A stretch of DNA of 64,000 nt, taken from the sequence record MW879344.1, one strand, 5' to 3'. Numbering within the stretch: position 1 is the stretch's first letter; the number at the start of each line of letters is the position of its first letter. The translations under genes and the position numbers were made by a program. The notes beneath the pieces are model-generated. The model did not search any database. It was given only the letters and a program-made list of their open reading frames with translations, and had not been told where the DNA came from. Shown here in pieces: positions 63,799-64,000 of the stretch.

Positions 63799-64000
63799 AT
63801 GAACTCTGATGATCTATTACAAGCACGAACATTACTAAATGAACTTACTGTTGAAGGTCGAAGCTTTGCTGCAACTCGTTATATGTTTAATAACGAACCA
63901 TCATACCAAGATAACAAATATTCATCTGAATTAATTAACTGGATGAATACAAATAATCTAATAGTACTATCCAGTACTTACGATTTAGATTCCTACTATA
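63799..64000 (+). CDS. Partial ORF running off the window
   Basis: SD AGGA before MNSDDLLQAR; open to 64000. Confidence 0.55.
   Translation, partial: MNSDDLLQARTLLNELTVEGRSFAATRYMFNNEPSYQDNKYSSELINWMNTNNLIVLSSTYDLDSYY

Noticed and set aside
1-64000. tRNA, rRNA, transposase or integrase genes
   Set aside because: No T-arm/acceptor-stem patterns, rRNA similarity or DDE/tyrosine recombinase motifs recognised by eye; tRNAscan/ARAGORN were not run.

Overview
This window is part of an AT-rich (roughly one-third GC) lytic jumbo myovirus of enterobacteria. It is distantly T4-related, and its gene content resembles the Rak2/GAP32/CBB/BF-type phages; that assignment is an inference and no search was run. 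Almost all genes are on the + strand. (1) 1-1750 is non-coding but highly organised: two candidate structured RNAs, a 16x 8-bp tandem array, convergent promoters and a near-copy of the rRNA-operon boxA antiterminator. (2) 1750-19500 is an early/host-takeover region of small genes, nearly each with its own sigma70 promoter cassette. It contains 12 copies of a ~41-bp tripartite element at a fixed distance behind gene-less promoters. (3) 19600-30500 holds a tandem paralog array, an ART-like gene, a G-quadruplex-like tract and a ~420-nt candidate structured ncRNA. (4) 30500-64000 is metabolism, repair and anti-defence: N6-adenine MTase, SpoT-like HD hydrolase plus nucleotidyltransferase, RNA ligase, PNK, phosphatases, DNA ligase, ClpP, dCMP deaminase, Ig-domain protein, NAD salvage (NMNAT-Nudix and NAMPT with a shared 5' leader), Acb1-like 2H phosphoesterase, Sir2, NUDT16-like Nudix fusion, PhoH and a gp21-like protease paralog. 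The palindrome AGTACT is strongly over-represented throughout and is built into the promoters. I found no tRNA, rRNA, CRISPR array or transposase. Product calls come from motif recognition by eye. Some start codons were moved from the supplied ORF track to SD-supported ATGs.
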